DNA of 57,275 nt from Ministeria vibrans ATCC 50519 (taxonomy: Eukaryota; Protista; Filasterea), in assembly GCA_943704425.1 (NCBI GenBank), contig CALSCP010000515.1, positions 21,914 to 79,188 of the forward strand. The letters run 5' to 3'. Under the pieces are notes generated by a model. It was not told the origin of the DNA and made no database searches. It was given only the letters and a program-made list of their open reading frames with translations. A program made the translations under genes and the position numbers. This document shows positions 14,473 through 26,474 of the stretch, one piece after another. Every line of letters starts with the position of its first letter. The stretch's first letter is position 1.

Positions 14473-16718
14473 ATGTTGCGTGTGGCTTCGCGATCGTTTG
14501 TGACTTCCTTGTCGCGAGCATGGACCAGAGTACGCCTCCCCTCCCCCTCCCCCAACACAACGCTCGTCGAGGCTGTAGACTCCCTCGCCTGCAAGTGTCC
14601 CTTCCCAGCTCTCCTCCCGCTGCTTCTCCGTGGTCCTACGCGCTGTGTGCAGTCCCTTCTGCGCCGTCGTGGTCCTTTTTCGATTTTTTCAGTCGTTGTC
14701 TGAGCGCCTTGTTCTCTCCTTTCACACACAGGGTATGGCCTCTGCATCGGCTGCCGTGGATACCGACTCGAGCATCGAGCGGACCGAGTTCCCTGGCGCT
14801 CGTCCGAGCGCGTACACGTCGAAACTTCAGTTGATAAATCCAGACGTAAGTCGCTTTTTTTTTTCTTCGCTTTTTGAGACGGTGCAATGAGTCCCCTTTC
14901 TGCTGTACTCGAGCTGCCGTGTGTCCTTGGACCTTTCACACGTTTTCTTTCACTCACATTCCTTTTTTTCCCTCTCTCTTCCGTTTGTCCAGCTCGACGC
15001 TCCTGCCGAGTGCTACCGCGTCATGAACCGCTTTGGCGAGCTTGTCCCCGGCGCCGAAGAGCCCAAGGTTCCCATAGACTGCGTGACTTCTTCCCCAAAC
15101 TGACTCGGTTGTTTTCTCAGTTGTCGGAAGAGACGCTCGCCAAAATGTACACAACCATGGTCAAGTCGGATGAGATGGACCGGTATCTCAACAAGATCCA
15201 ACGAATGGTACGCACTCTGTTCCACCCACCACCCACTGACAGCTGGCCCTGTTACCTTCCTACCCACAAACCAGAACAAAATCTCCTTCTACATGACCAA
15301 CTACGGCGAGGAGGGCACGCATGTGGGCAGTGCCGCCGCTCTCAGTCCCGACGACCTTGTCTTTGCTCAGTATCGCGAAATGGGTGTCCTCATGTACCGA
15401 GGCTTCTCCATTCAACAGGTTTCAAAGATTTTTTGTGTCCATTATTCGTTTTCGCGTCTCTTAAACGCCCAAACTATTTTTGTTCTTCAGTTTTTGCATC
15501 AAAACTTCTCCAACGCGTCCGATCTGGGCAAAGGACGACAGATGCCGGTTCACTATGGATCAAAAGAGCTCAACTACGTGACCATCTCATCGCCACTGGC
15601 TACGCAGCTTCCACAAGCGGTCGGATCAGGTTAGACACTCCAACCCTAACTCCGAAACCCTAACCCTAGCCCTGACGCAGCGTATGCTTTCAAGCGTGAT
15701 GGCTCCAAGCGTGCTGTCATCTGCTACTTTGGCGAGGGTGCTGCCAGTGAAGGTGATGCCCATGCTGCCTTCAACTTTGCTGCCACTCTCGAGGCACCTG
15801 TCATTTTTTTCTGGTGAGGATTCATTTTTGTTTTTGTACGTCAAAGTGATTATTTTTATTGTTTGATGCGTAGCCGTAACAATGGATTTGCTATTTCAAC
15901 GTCAACAAAAGATCAGTACCGCGGAGACGGAATTGGTACTCATACTTCTTACTTCTTACTCACTCACTCGCTTACGTATTTTTATTCACCCAATCAATCA
16001 ACATCAGTGAGTCGCGCAAAGGGTTATGGAATGGACTCGATCCGAGTGGACGGAAACGATGCATTTGCCGTGTACAACGCAGTGGAGGCAGCTCGTGCTA
16101 ACGCAGTCAACCTTAACCGACCCACTCTTATTGAGGCAATGACATACCGGTACACGCACCATTTTTATTTTCTCTCTCACATTGACTCATTTTTTCTCTT
16201 TGGGGGGTTTAGTGGCGGTGACCACAGTACAAGCGATGACTCGTCGCGCTACCGTGATGGAGAGGAAATTGTCCACTGGAAAGAGCGCAATCACCCGATT
16301 ACGCGAATGAGACTGTTCCTTGAAAAGAGAGGCTTGTGGTCGGACCAGCAAGTACGACTCCCCCAAGCAAAACACATGTTTTGGTTGTGCCTCAACTACA
16401 AATTCCCTGTAGGAGGTGGAATTGCGCAAATCGGCCGAGAATGACGTGAGGCGTGCCATCAAGGTCGCCGAGAAGACTCCCAAACCTGCACTCGACGAAA
16501 TGTTCACCGATGTGTACCAAGAAATGACGCCCGAGCTCAAAGAACAGGTGCTCTTCCTCTCTCCATCCCACTTTGTCTCCCTTTTGTTCTTTTTTCCCTC
16601 CTCTCTCGCGTTGTTCTTTTCGCTCCTCTCTCATCACTCCCTGTCTATCTACATCTAGTACGCCGAGGTGCTGGAGCGTGTCCGCAGCAATCCTGACGTG
16701 TATGGTGCACACCACTGA
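14473..16718 (+). CDS. BCKDHA: Branched-chain 2-oxoacid dehydrogenase E1 alpha, mitochondrial
   Basis: Presequence-like start; [35 protein letters not shown] (ThDP motif), [20 protein letters not shown] phospho-loop. Confidence 0.95.
15642..15672. repeat. Degenerate telomere-type (CCCTAA) repeats inside a 51-nt BCKDHA intron
   Basis: aaccctaactccgaaaccctaaccctagccc between donor 15630 and acceptor 15680. Confidence 0.6.
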
Positions 16719-16826
16719 TTTTTTATATTTTCCAATGAAGATTTTTGATTTTTTGATTTTTGAATATAAATAATGTATTATTCAATATAACTTTTTCCTT
16801 CTTCTTTACGCTTGTTTCATCTTCGT

Positions 16827-18867
16827 ATGCTCGTGGCACGCGTTCGTCAACCACTTCGTACGTCTCGTTTTTTTGTCTTCTTTTTTTTTTCTTTTTGCTT
16901 TTTTTTGACTTTCTGTGTCGTCTGTAGACGTTACAACGTGTCAGCGCGCCTTTGCAACAGGGCTACAGAGCGCTAGCAGCACCGATAAGGTTGCCCCAAG
17001 ACCGATTGTGACTCACAGTCTGAAAAAGGTTTGTTGAAAAATCTCTTGTGCCCTCTCCCTGCCTCCTTCTTCGCCTCCTGGGATCCGATCGGGCCCCGCC
17101 TGTGCTGCACTGCCTGCGTTTCTCGTGTGTGCGTCTCTCTTGTTGTGTTCTCGATTGCTTATGGGGAGTTTTTTTGGCGAAACGATTTCATTTTGGTTCG
17201 GCTTTTGCAGTGGGAGGCTGGTCCCTTGACCAAGGCTGGCCCTGGCGGTCGGTCGAGCGTGTCGGGGCTCAGCGTCACCGTCTTTGGCGCCTCAGGCTTC
17301 TATGGGCGCTACGTGGTGAACAGGTAAAGCGCTATTATGATTAAATTTATTACACTCGTCTCAAACGATGCTGTTGTCCACTGCAGACTGGGCCGATCCG
17401 GCACACAAATTGTGTGTCCGTACCGTGGTGATGAGTACGACGTGGGCCACCTCAAAGTAATGTGTGACCTGGGTCAGCTGCAGCTGTTCCCTTTCAGTCC
17501 GCGCGACGACGCGTCTATTGAGCAAATGGTGCAGCACAGCAACATTGTGGTAAACCTGATTGGCCGCGAGCACGGGACACGCAACTTCTCGGTGGATGCG
17601 ACGCAAGTGGAGGTCGCACGGCGTATTGCGCGGGCGTGTGCGCGCACCAACGGTGGCGTGCGCCAGCTCATCCATGTCTCCCAGCTCAACGCCCATCCGC
17701 AAAGCCCGTCGGCCCTCCTGCGCGCCAAGGCTCATGGCGAAATCGCCGTCCGCGAGGAGTTTCCCGACGCCACTATCCTCCGCCCAGCAGACACGTTTGG
17801 CGCTGAGGACCGGTGAGAACCCGTCAACGATGAGGAGAGATAGAGACCAATTATTGTGTGACTGAGACCCTTTCTCTCGTATTTTCTTGTTGTCGTACAC
17901 ACATATATAATATACATTATGTATAATATATAGGTTTCTGCATTACTTTGCACAAAAGACCAGTGGAATGATTCTGAGACGGGCTATTCTCGGACGACAA
18001 CAAGCAAAGGCGCTCAAACAGGTTGACACACAGAAAGACTCGAGTCACACCAAACCACCCGCTCAATTCACTCTCTTCTTCTTTTGTCATTTGATTTCTT
18101 CAGCCGGTGTATGTGATGGACATTGCCAATGCAATTCACAACGCAATGCAGAATCCAGAAACAATCGGACAGACATACGAGCTTGTCGGGTAAACTAAGC
18201 AAAAAATATAACCTTTCCATTTTTCAACGTTTTTCTTTTTCGCTCATGTCGTACTTTTTTCTCCTTGTGTCTTTTCTTTCTTCTTTCTTTCACTTTGTGT
18301 CGTTGCCACTTCTTTATGTTTTCCTTTCCTCTATATCACTTTATTCTTTCTCACTCCAGTCTTTTTTGTTTTCCTGTCCTATGTTACTCACCCACTTCCA
18401 TTTCACTTGCTTTGTAGACCAAAGGAATACACCACGTTGGACATTCTGACTCACGTGCAGAAGCAGATTGTTGTGCCTGAGCACGTTACGATTGTGCCCG
18501 AATCCCTTTTGTCGTTTGTGGCTCGTCAGGTCGAAAAGTGGCCTCTCTACAATCCCCTCATGTACCCCGACAGAGTCATTACGGTACACATTCTACTTCC
18601 CTTCTTTTTGATGCCGTTAGACTTTTCTTTTCTTCCTTGCAGAGAGCACTGTCGGACAAGACGACTGAGGGACTTCCGGGTCTCGCTGATCTAGGTATGA
18701 AACAATGCACACACACAGACACACACACACCCACACATAATTATGTTGTTTCTTGTCTTTCAACAGGAGTGACTCCGACCCGTATGGAACGTGTCTCGCT
18801 TCCCTTCCTGCGCTACTACCGCAACGCCCGCGTCTACGAACAACCGTATCAGCCTTCGACAGACTGA
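16827..18867 (+). CDS. NDUFA9: NADH dehydrogenase 39-kDa subunit (complex I)
   Basis: [80 protein letters not shown]. Confidence 0.95.
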
Positions 18868-19146
18868 CGACTGACACAAATGAACTTGATGAACTTCACT
18901 TGATAATTATATTCTTTCTTCCGGACTAATAGTTTACCTCCTTTCGCTCAATATGCGCAACTCATTAGTAACTACAATGTTTGCGTGTGTAAACAACCAC
19001 GTATGCCATGACTTCGGAAGGATCAAAACATATTTCGTTTCCAAAAAAGAGTTATCAGAGAAGATTCCAATTTCCAGTAAACCAATCAAATATCCAAGTT
19101 TCAACTTACTATCGCCCAGTCTTTGGTTCCTTGTACTCTGTAGGAA

Positions 19147-19201
19147 ATGGCAGAACACGGCGAAAGTCCGGTGTCAACAGAGAAAGGTGCAAAAAAAAAA
19201 A

Positions 19202-19257
<56 letters not shown>

Positions 19258-19535
19258 ACACTCGACTTATTGACATCGAGCAATTGGCGGGGCAGCGCAT
19301 TGCGCGCATGTCAACTGGCACGGGGCAGCTGGACGCATGGCTGCCCCGCCGGCGCCCGCGTGCGTCGTTTCGTCGTGTGACGGCATCTGGTCCGCTGTAA
19401 ATATCAACACATCCACGCCGTCACAGCGCAGACGCCGCTGCCCGACCCCCACTCCTTTGCCCGCCCTACCCAACTATTCCCCCAGGACTGTCTCCTGAGA
19501 GTCCTCTCACCGTTTCCCAACGCTTTAACGGAACG

Positions 19536-19587
<52 letters not shown>

Positions 19588-22500
19588 TTCTTTTTTTTTC
19601 TTTTTCGTTTTTTTGACCTGACACGATTCTAACCAATTTTGGGGATGGGGGGGTTCCTTTGATGCAGGCAACGACGGCGCTGCGCAGCCCGTGAGCCCAC
19701 CAGGATCGCGACGCTCGTACCCCCCGCCGCCGCTGGTGCCCTTTTCCATGGCGCCCGGCGCTCCGGCGTCGTCCGCATCGTCGGGCGGCGTCCATCAACA
19801 GCAGCCCAGCCTGCAAATGCAGCCACCACCACCACAGCAGCAGACGCAGCCGTCCATGCTCCCCGCCTTCCCCTCGGCCGGCTACACACCCGTCCCCCAC
19901 GCCTTCCTGCCGCGCCCCTCCGCCGCGATTCCCCCCGACGCTCCGCCAATGCGTCCCTTTCACGCGTACGCCATGTCCAGACCCTTTGCCCCAGCCCCAA
20001 TGCCGCCGTCTCCCTCCACAGGCTCGCCACAGGTAACGCCGTCCCCTTTCACAGTGCCCCCAGCCCGCTTCGCAGTCCCTCACTTTTCACCTCTTCCAAA
20101 TCGCCTCATCATCCTTTTTTTTTTCTCTTCGTTTTTCCAACAAACAAACACAGCAGGAAAACATCCCCACCCCAATCTTCATCAATCACTCCCTCATCCT
20201 TCCTCTTTATAGCCCGCTTTCAACTTTATGGCATCCAAACAATTCAACCCTGCTTTTATGGCACCAGTATGTGATGTGCATGAATTGGTAATGCGCAATG
20301 TAACATAATTGTATTGTTTTTTAGCATCTACAACAACAATTCATGCAAATGCAACAACAGCAGCAGCAATCCCAACAACAACAGCAGCACCACCAATCGC
20401 AGCAGCAACATCCATCCCAGCAACCCTTCTTCAATCCTCAGCAATTCCTCGCGCAACAGCAGCTTCTCCAACAGCAACAAATGCTTCTGCTCGCACAGCA
20501 ACATCAACAGCAGCAACATCAACATCAACAGCAGCAGCAACAACATCAACAACAGCAGCAACATCAACAACAGCAGCAACATCAACATCCTCATGCCGCC
20601 CACTCGGGCCCTCTTTCGCCTTTCCACCTCGCTCAACCGTCGTTCCCCACCGGACACCCGTCAGACCGACTCCCCACCTCCCCTTCGTCTGGCCCTGACG
20701 TCAACTTCAAGCGAAGACGCACTAGCATCAGTATTGGCGATATGGGTTCTCCCTCTACCTCCCATCAGCTCGCCGGATATCCTTTCAATGGCTCTTTGTC
20801 GTCGCCCGCCATGGCTGTGCCCACCTCAATGCGCTCGCGCTCCTTTAGCGAGTCTGAAAAACCACGCATTGGCCTCGCTCACGGCTCGTCCACTCCTCTT
20901 GGCTCGCCCTCCTTCCAGGCCTTTGCCACCGTGGAAGGTGTCCCTACACCTCCTCTTGCCGGTGCTGTCATGAACGCTGTCGGCTCCCGTCCCGTCAATC
21001 CCGCTGCCTCGGCCGTCGCTCACATGGCTGCTATCAGTAACAACCTCAACAACCAGCAAGTAACCAATGCGAGCGAGTCGACCAAGCCACAGCAACAACA
21101 GCAACAACAGCAACAACAGCAACAGCGTCGTCGTTCGGGCCAGTCCCCTCAGCACAACAACAGCAACAACAACAACGGCATGAACAGTGGTCCTCAATCG
21201 CGGCGGGACTCGCCCGCCCAGCTCGCTATCCGTCGCAAGAATAGCATCAGTACCAACTCACCGGGCATCTGGCACCCCGCACAGATGGCCGCGTCGCCCG
21301 GTTTGCTGCAGCAGCGCCTTGCACCCGGCTCACCCATGGCAACCACCGTCGCCAGTGCACACAGCCACCTCCTGCACGAGTCAGGCCCCCACGTGCCCCT
21401 CTCCGTTCCAATGGAGACACGCCTGCGCACTGGCATGTTTCCCGTGAGCTTCACCGATGACACGCCCCTCCTTAGTGTTCCCGTTGTTGACACAAGCGTG
21501 GAGAACACAGATGCGCTTCAGCAGAACACTGTGCCCTCTGCCATTTTGTGGCCTGACAGCGGCGCCCTCTTCGACGAGCCACCCACCAAAACGTTCCCTC
21601 CACGTCGTGTCATCATCTGTCCACAAGCAAGCGACGGCTCGCGCTTGATGTCTATGTATCTCAACCACAACAAGGCGGGCGAGCCGGAGCGCCGTATGCC
21701 CATTGGCTCGCGCATCGATGCAATCCATGAGGACGGGCACTGGTATGCGGGGCGTGTGCGCCGTCGCGATGGCGACGACTGTATCGTCTCAGGAGATCCC
21801 TTGGTAAGAGAGGAATGTTAGATATCTCGTGATTGATTTTAATTCTTGTCATTTTACTCTCCGTGTGTATAGTACTTGGTGCACTATGAAGGATGGGGCG
21901 TTGAGTTTGACGAGTGGATCCCCGCGAGTAGCTGTCGGCCGTCCCAGGGCCATGCAATCGTCGGTCCCGATGGCCCCGAAGACGACCTTCACTGGCGCAA
22001 TATCAACCATGTTGGTACGTAGCATAGCCATGTTGTTGCTTTTCTTGATCGTCCCACTTGTTTGTTTTTTTTTTTTTGTTTTTTTTGTACGTGTAGTTCT
22101 TGAAACTTGCAAAACAACACAAACTGCAATCATCTACGACGGCAACATGCTCAAGGTAATTTCTCATTCTTCTCCACTCTCAATCACTCACTGTTCTTTC
22201 CTTGTCCGCGCTTCTTGGTTGATTGATGTAGCACGACTGTACATGCGGACAAGATGTACATCCCGAACAGCCCGATCGTCTTGTGAGCATCTTGTACAAC
22301 ATGAACAACCAAGGACTGCTCGACCGCTGCATTCGTCTGCTTGCCAAGGAAGCCAGTCCCGAAGAACTCGCCACTGTTCACACAGCGCAGCATGTAAACA
22401 CTTATGCCATCTCCAATGTCGGAGTGCTGCCCCCTGAACACGAAACTATGGAGTGTGGTGGAATTGGTATGAGATATGGCGTTTTTATTAATTGTAGTGA

Positions 22501-24126
22501 TCCACTCATTACTGCACGCAATGTAGGACTCGCCTGTGATACCATTTACAATCAAGAATCAACACCCATGGCTGCGCGTCTCTCGGCCGGATGTGTCTCA
22601 GAAATGGTAAAAGAGCAAAGCAGATTTACGTTGAGCATAGACTAACACTAACAATTGTCCCGCGTTGCATTGTCAGGTGCGACGCGTGTGCCAGGGACAG
22701 TGTCGCAATGGTTTTGCCGTCGTGCGCCCACCGGGACACCACGCCGAAGCCAACGAGGCACTTGGCTTCTGCTACTTCAACAATGTCGCTGTGGGCGCCC
22801 TCCTCGCCCGTAGCATCCTTGACTTGCCCGCCCGCATTCTCATTCTGGATTGGGTACACTACTTTTTTTTTTNNNNNNNNNNNNNNNNNNNNNNNNNNNN
22901 NNNNNNNNNNNNNNNNNNNNNNNNNNNNNNNNNNNNNNNNNNNNNNNNNNNNNNNNNNNNNNNNNNNNNNNNNNNNNNNNNNNNNNNNNNNNNNNNNNNN
23001 NNNNNNNNNNNNNNTTTTTTTTCTTTTGTGTCGCTTTTCCTATTCTTATTCTTCACGGTTTTCAGGACATTCACCATGGCAACGGCACCCAGAACATCTT
23101 CTACCGGTCAGCCGACATCATGTACATTTCGATGCACCGCTACGACGAAGGCAACTACTACCCGTACACGGGCGCACTGGCCGAGACGGGCGAAGGGGCT
23201 GGCGAAGGCTTCAACATCAACATCCCGTGGCGCGGTGACCGTCCTATGGGAGACACAGGTGACCACTATTGCTTGTATGTAGTTTTCTTGAATGTTCTTA
23301 TTCTCCTCCTGCAACAGAGTACATGAGTGCCATGCTGCATATTATTCTACCGCTTGCCCGTCTCTTCAATCCGAGTCTGGTCCTGGTCAGTGCGGGTTTT
23401 GATGCGGCCAACGGCGATCTCATTGGCGGCTACCGGGTGTCTCCGCAAGGTAAGGCTGACGTAGCACCGACTTGCGTTGTGTGCGAGGTCTGACGCTCAA
23501 AACGACTCTGCTGTGTAACACAGGATTTGCGCATATGACACGCGCTCTAATGGAACTTGCTGGCGGTCAAGTGATACTGACGCTGGAAGGTGGGTACGAC
23601 AAGGAGTCGCTGGCGCTGTCGGCGACGGCGTGTCTGACGGCCCTGTTGGGCCATGAAATGGGCGCTATCTCAAGCTCTAACCGCTCGGCGTTGGATCGTG
23701 GCATTGGTACCCCCTTGCCGACTGCCATGGCGGTATGTCGATTCGGGTGTGTGTGTGTGTGTGTGTTTCTGTTCTGATGTGCAATGTGTTTTTTTTTTCT
23801 CGTCAGGTGATGAAGGAAGTCTTGCAAACCCAACAAAAATACTGGCCTGATCTTGAGGTAGACCCACACGCTCCATTCTCCGCCTCATCATTTACTCTTG
23901 TTTGTAGATTCCCGAAGGCCAACGCGGCTTTGACGTGCCTGCCGAGTACTATTCGTCACCCTTCCGGCCCCCAATGGGCGGTGCCCAGTCGCGTCCTCAG
24001 AAGCGGGTTCTTCAGGTACCACCCTTTCTCCATTACTCTTCCACTTCACCTTCTTTTCTCACACTGTATTCTGCGTCGTCGTGTGTCTTGTGTTTCAATT
24101 AGGAGAAGAAACGATACGATGTGTAG
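19147..24126 (+). CDS. Class IIa-type histone deacetylase with P/Q-rich N-terminus and a Tudor/chromo-barrel domain
   Basis: YDGNMLKHDCTCG..HPE, CGGIGLACDTIYN, NGFAVVRPPGHHAE, GFCYFNNVAV, DWDIHHGNGTQ, SAGFDA, LEGGY; first exon MAEHGESPVSTEK inferred to splice to 19668; assembly gap 22873-23013 lies in an intron. Confidence 0.85.
22873..23013. other. Assembly gap (N run) in a poly-T intron; a second short gap is at 39400-39409
   Basis: N bases. Confidence 0.99.
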
Positions 24127-24229
24127 TATATGCTATCCAACCGACACTGACGCAAAAAATACTATTGTACACTTGTGAACATGAAGACACACACATAATC
24201 ATTATACGGGAAAGAAAAAACACACCCTT

Positions 24230-25510
24230 TCAAATGAGTTTTCCTGCGACAAACACGGACTGAAGAGAGAGTGAGTCATCGAGCAGAAGTAAATCACCGC
24301 GACAGCCCACGACAAGCGCACCGACACCGGCAGAAGCACTAGTTATACTATCGAGGGTCAGGAGACGGGCAATGCGGGCAGGTGCGGTAGCACATGCAGC
24401 CACGGCGTGCTCCAGGGGCTGAGCGTAGATGCGCACGAGACGTTGGAAAGTTTCAAAGAGAGTGGTGCATGAGCCACACAGACGCCCGCTGCCGTCGCAC
24501 AGACGCACTGCAGTGCCTTCGGAATCAACTTGAACGCGACGGTCACTTTGGGCGTAGGAGAGCACCGTGCCTGCAATTGGTTCTGCAATGGCGTCCGTCA
24601 CGCAACACACGTGCGAGTCGTTGCCATGGACATCCAACACCGCCTGCACCACTGCAGGCGACACGTGTACGTTGTCGACAATCAGTTCGCAAGTGGGTGC
24701 AAGACAGCCTTCGTAGAGGGGCAAGGCAGGTAGGCGACGAAGCAACGCAAAGTTGGCCAGGCCGCTGTCGCGGTGGTGAAATTTTTGGGCATTAAAGGCA
24801 TGTGTAATGTGCATTCGGTCGCCCAGTCGAAGTGCGCCCACAATGTCCTCTTCCGTGCAGAGCGCATCGTGACCTAACGCTGGCTGGACAGAGTGCGCGA
24901 GCAAGTACTTGATGCGCTCGTAGTTACGAGGCGCTTCAAGAGACGGAGCAATTGTCATGACACGCAGTGAGGGTCCAATTTGGTCACACAGAGCCACAAA
25001 ATCCTCCAATGGTGCTGCAGCAAGACGATCGGAGGCGGGGAGGGCACCCAATGTTGCGACAACAGGTCCTATTCAGAGAGTGTCACCACACAACACCCAC
25101 ACTCGCGAGACAACCAAACCTTCTGCGTGGATTCCAGCAAGAACACAACCCAGGTCAAGACGTCCGACAACCCTGTGGATGGCAGTGAGGCACTCTTGGA
25201 GGCGGTGCATTTCGTCTTGAGGGAATGTTAGCGACGCGAGCACTGAAGTTGTGCCAGCGGCGCCCAAGCGCGCCAAGGAGTGTTCTGGATTGGTCCAGGT
25301 CGTTGCAACATCCTCTGTCCCTCCCACGCCGTGATTGTGAATGTCGACGAGCCCGGGAACCACGATGGGCGCCGTGTGTGTCGCCGGACGCACATCGGTT
25401 GCGACGCGCGTTCCACACTCGACAATTAGACCCGTCTCCTCATCGATCACTACTCTTCCAGGCGAAAACACGCCATGCAGTCCCACAACGCGGTCTGCAT
25501 CAACGATCAT
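24230..25510 (-). CDS. N-acetylglucosamine-6-phosphate deacetylase-like amidohydrolase (2 exons)
   Basis: PGLVDIHNHG, GTTSVLAS, HAEG|P, MTIAP, LGHD, THAFN, DNVHV, VTDA, LCGS, PARI, GDLLLLD. Confidence 0.8.
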
Positions 25511-25672
25511 CGCAGAAATAAAAGAAATAATTATAATTACAAGAAACTTGCTGGCGCCGTTTCTTTTCTGCTCCGCGCAAGTCTGTAGCAGAACAAAAGA
25601 GAAACTAAAATAACCCACGTACTGGGAGATCAAGATCAAAGATGAAAAACAGAATATTGACAATTGGGTTAT

Positions 25673-25825
25673 TTATGCACGGAGTAAATTGAGAGAAACG
25701 ATATTTACAATGCAGGCGGCGGAGTGGACATCCTGGTGGTTCACGTCGACACGGTAGGCGGGAGTCACGAGGACAGCAACATCTTGCGCACGTCGCGCCC
25801 GTGACAGAGCAACGTAGGCCATACC
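25673..25825 (-). mobile_element. Remnant of a Pif1-type/Helitron RepHel helicase C-terminus
   Basis: Reads GMAYVALSRARRAQDVAVLV...IVNIVSLNLLRA*; matches SF1B motif VI G(Q/M)xYVALSR plus the terminal NIV...L; no AG acceptor, abuts a (TAA)n tract. Confidence 0.7.
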
Positions 25826-25840
25826 AATTATAATAATAAT

Positions 25841-25872
<32 letters not shown>

Positions 25873-26105
25873 TTTCTTATAATAATAAATTTATTTTGGA
25901 CTTTTCTCTTCCTTCATATAATTATTAATAAGACGGTATCATTAATAAATGGGTTGTATTCTTCTTCTTCTAATTATTAATAATATTATTTCAGATAATA
26001 TTCATATTAATTTTTCTTCTTCAGATAATATTATTATAATGCATTATCCACGCGAAAATAAAAAGACATTTTTGTTTGCTAATTTTAATGGTTTTACATC
26101 TGATT

Positions 26106-26415
26106 TCATACAGCCGACTCTTCGCCAGAAGGAGGCGGTTTGGATAGCCTTCGGTAGGTCTTCTGAAGCTCCTTGGGTAAGGCGGCGAGGACGTCGTCGA
26201 CAAAATCACTTTCATCCACTGCCACCGCCAGCTTCACTTCGGCCGTCTTGCCCTCCTCAATGTCAACACCGCACTCTTCGGACGACACTCCAGAGACTCC
26301 ACTTGTTGCGTCCGTCACTGCCTCGATGTCTTTCAGAACAGGGAACTTGGTCTTCTGTATCGAAGACGGAGACATAGAACGCTGTGCAAAAACAATCAAT
26401 AAATATCAATCCCTA

Positions 26416-26474
<59 letters not shown>

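Noticed and set aside
18931-18994. Imperfect hairpin downstream of NDUFA9
   Set aside because: Short AU/GU-rich stems, within chance expectation
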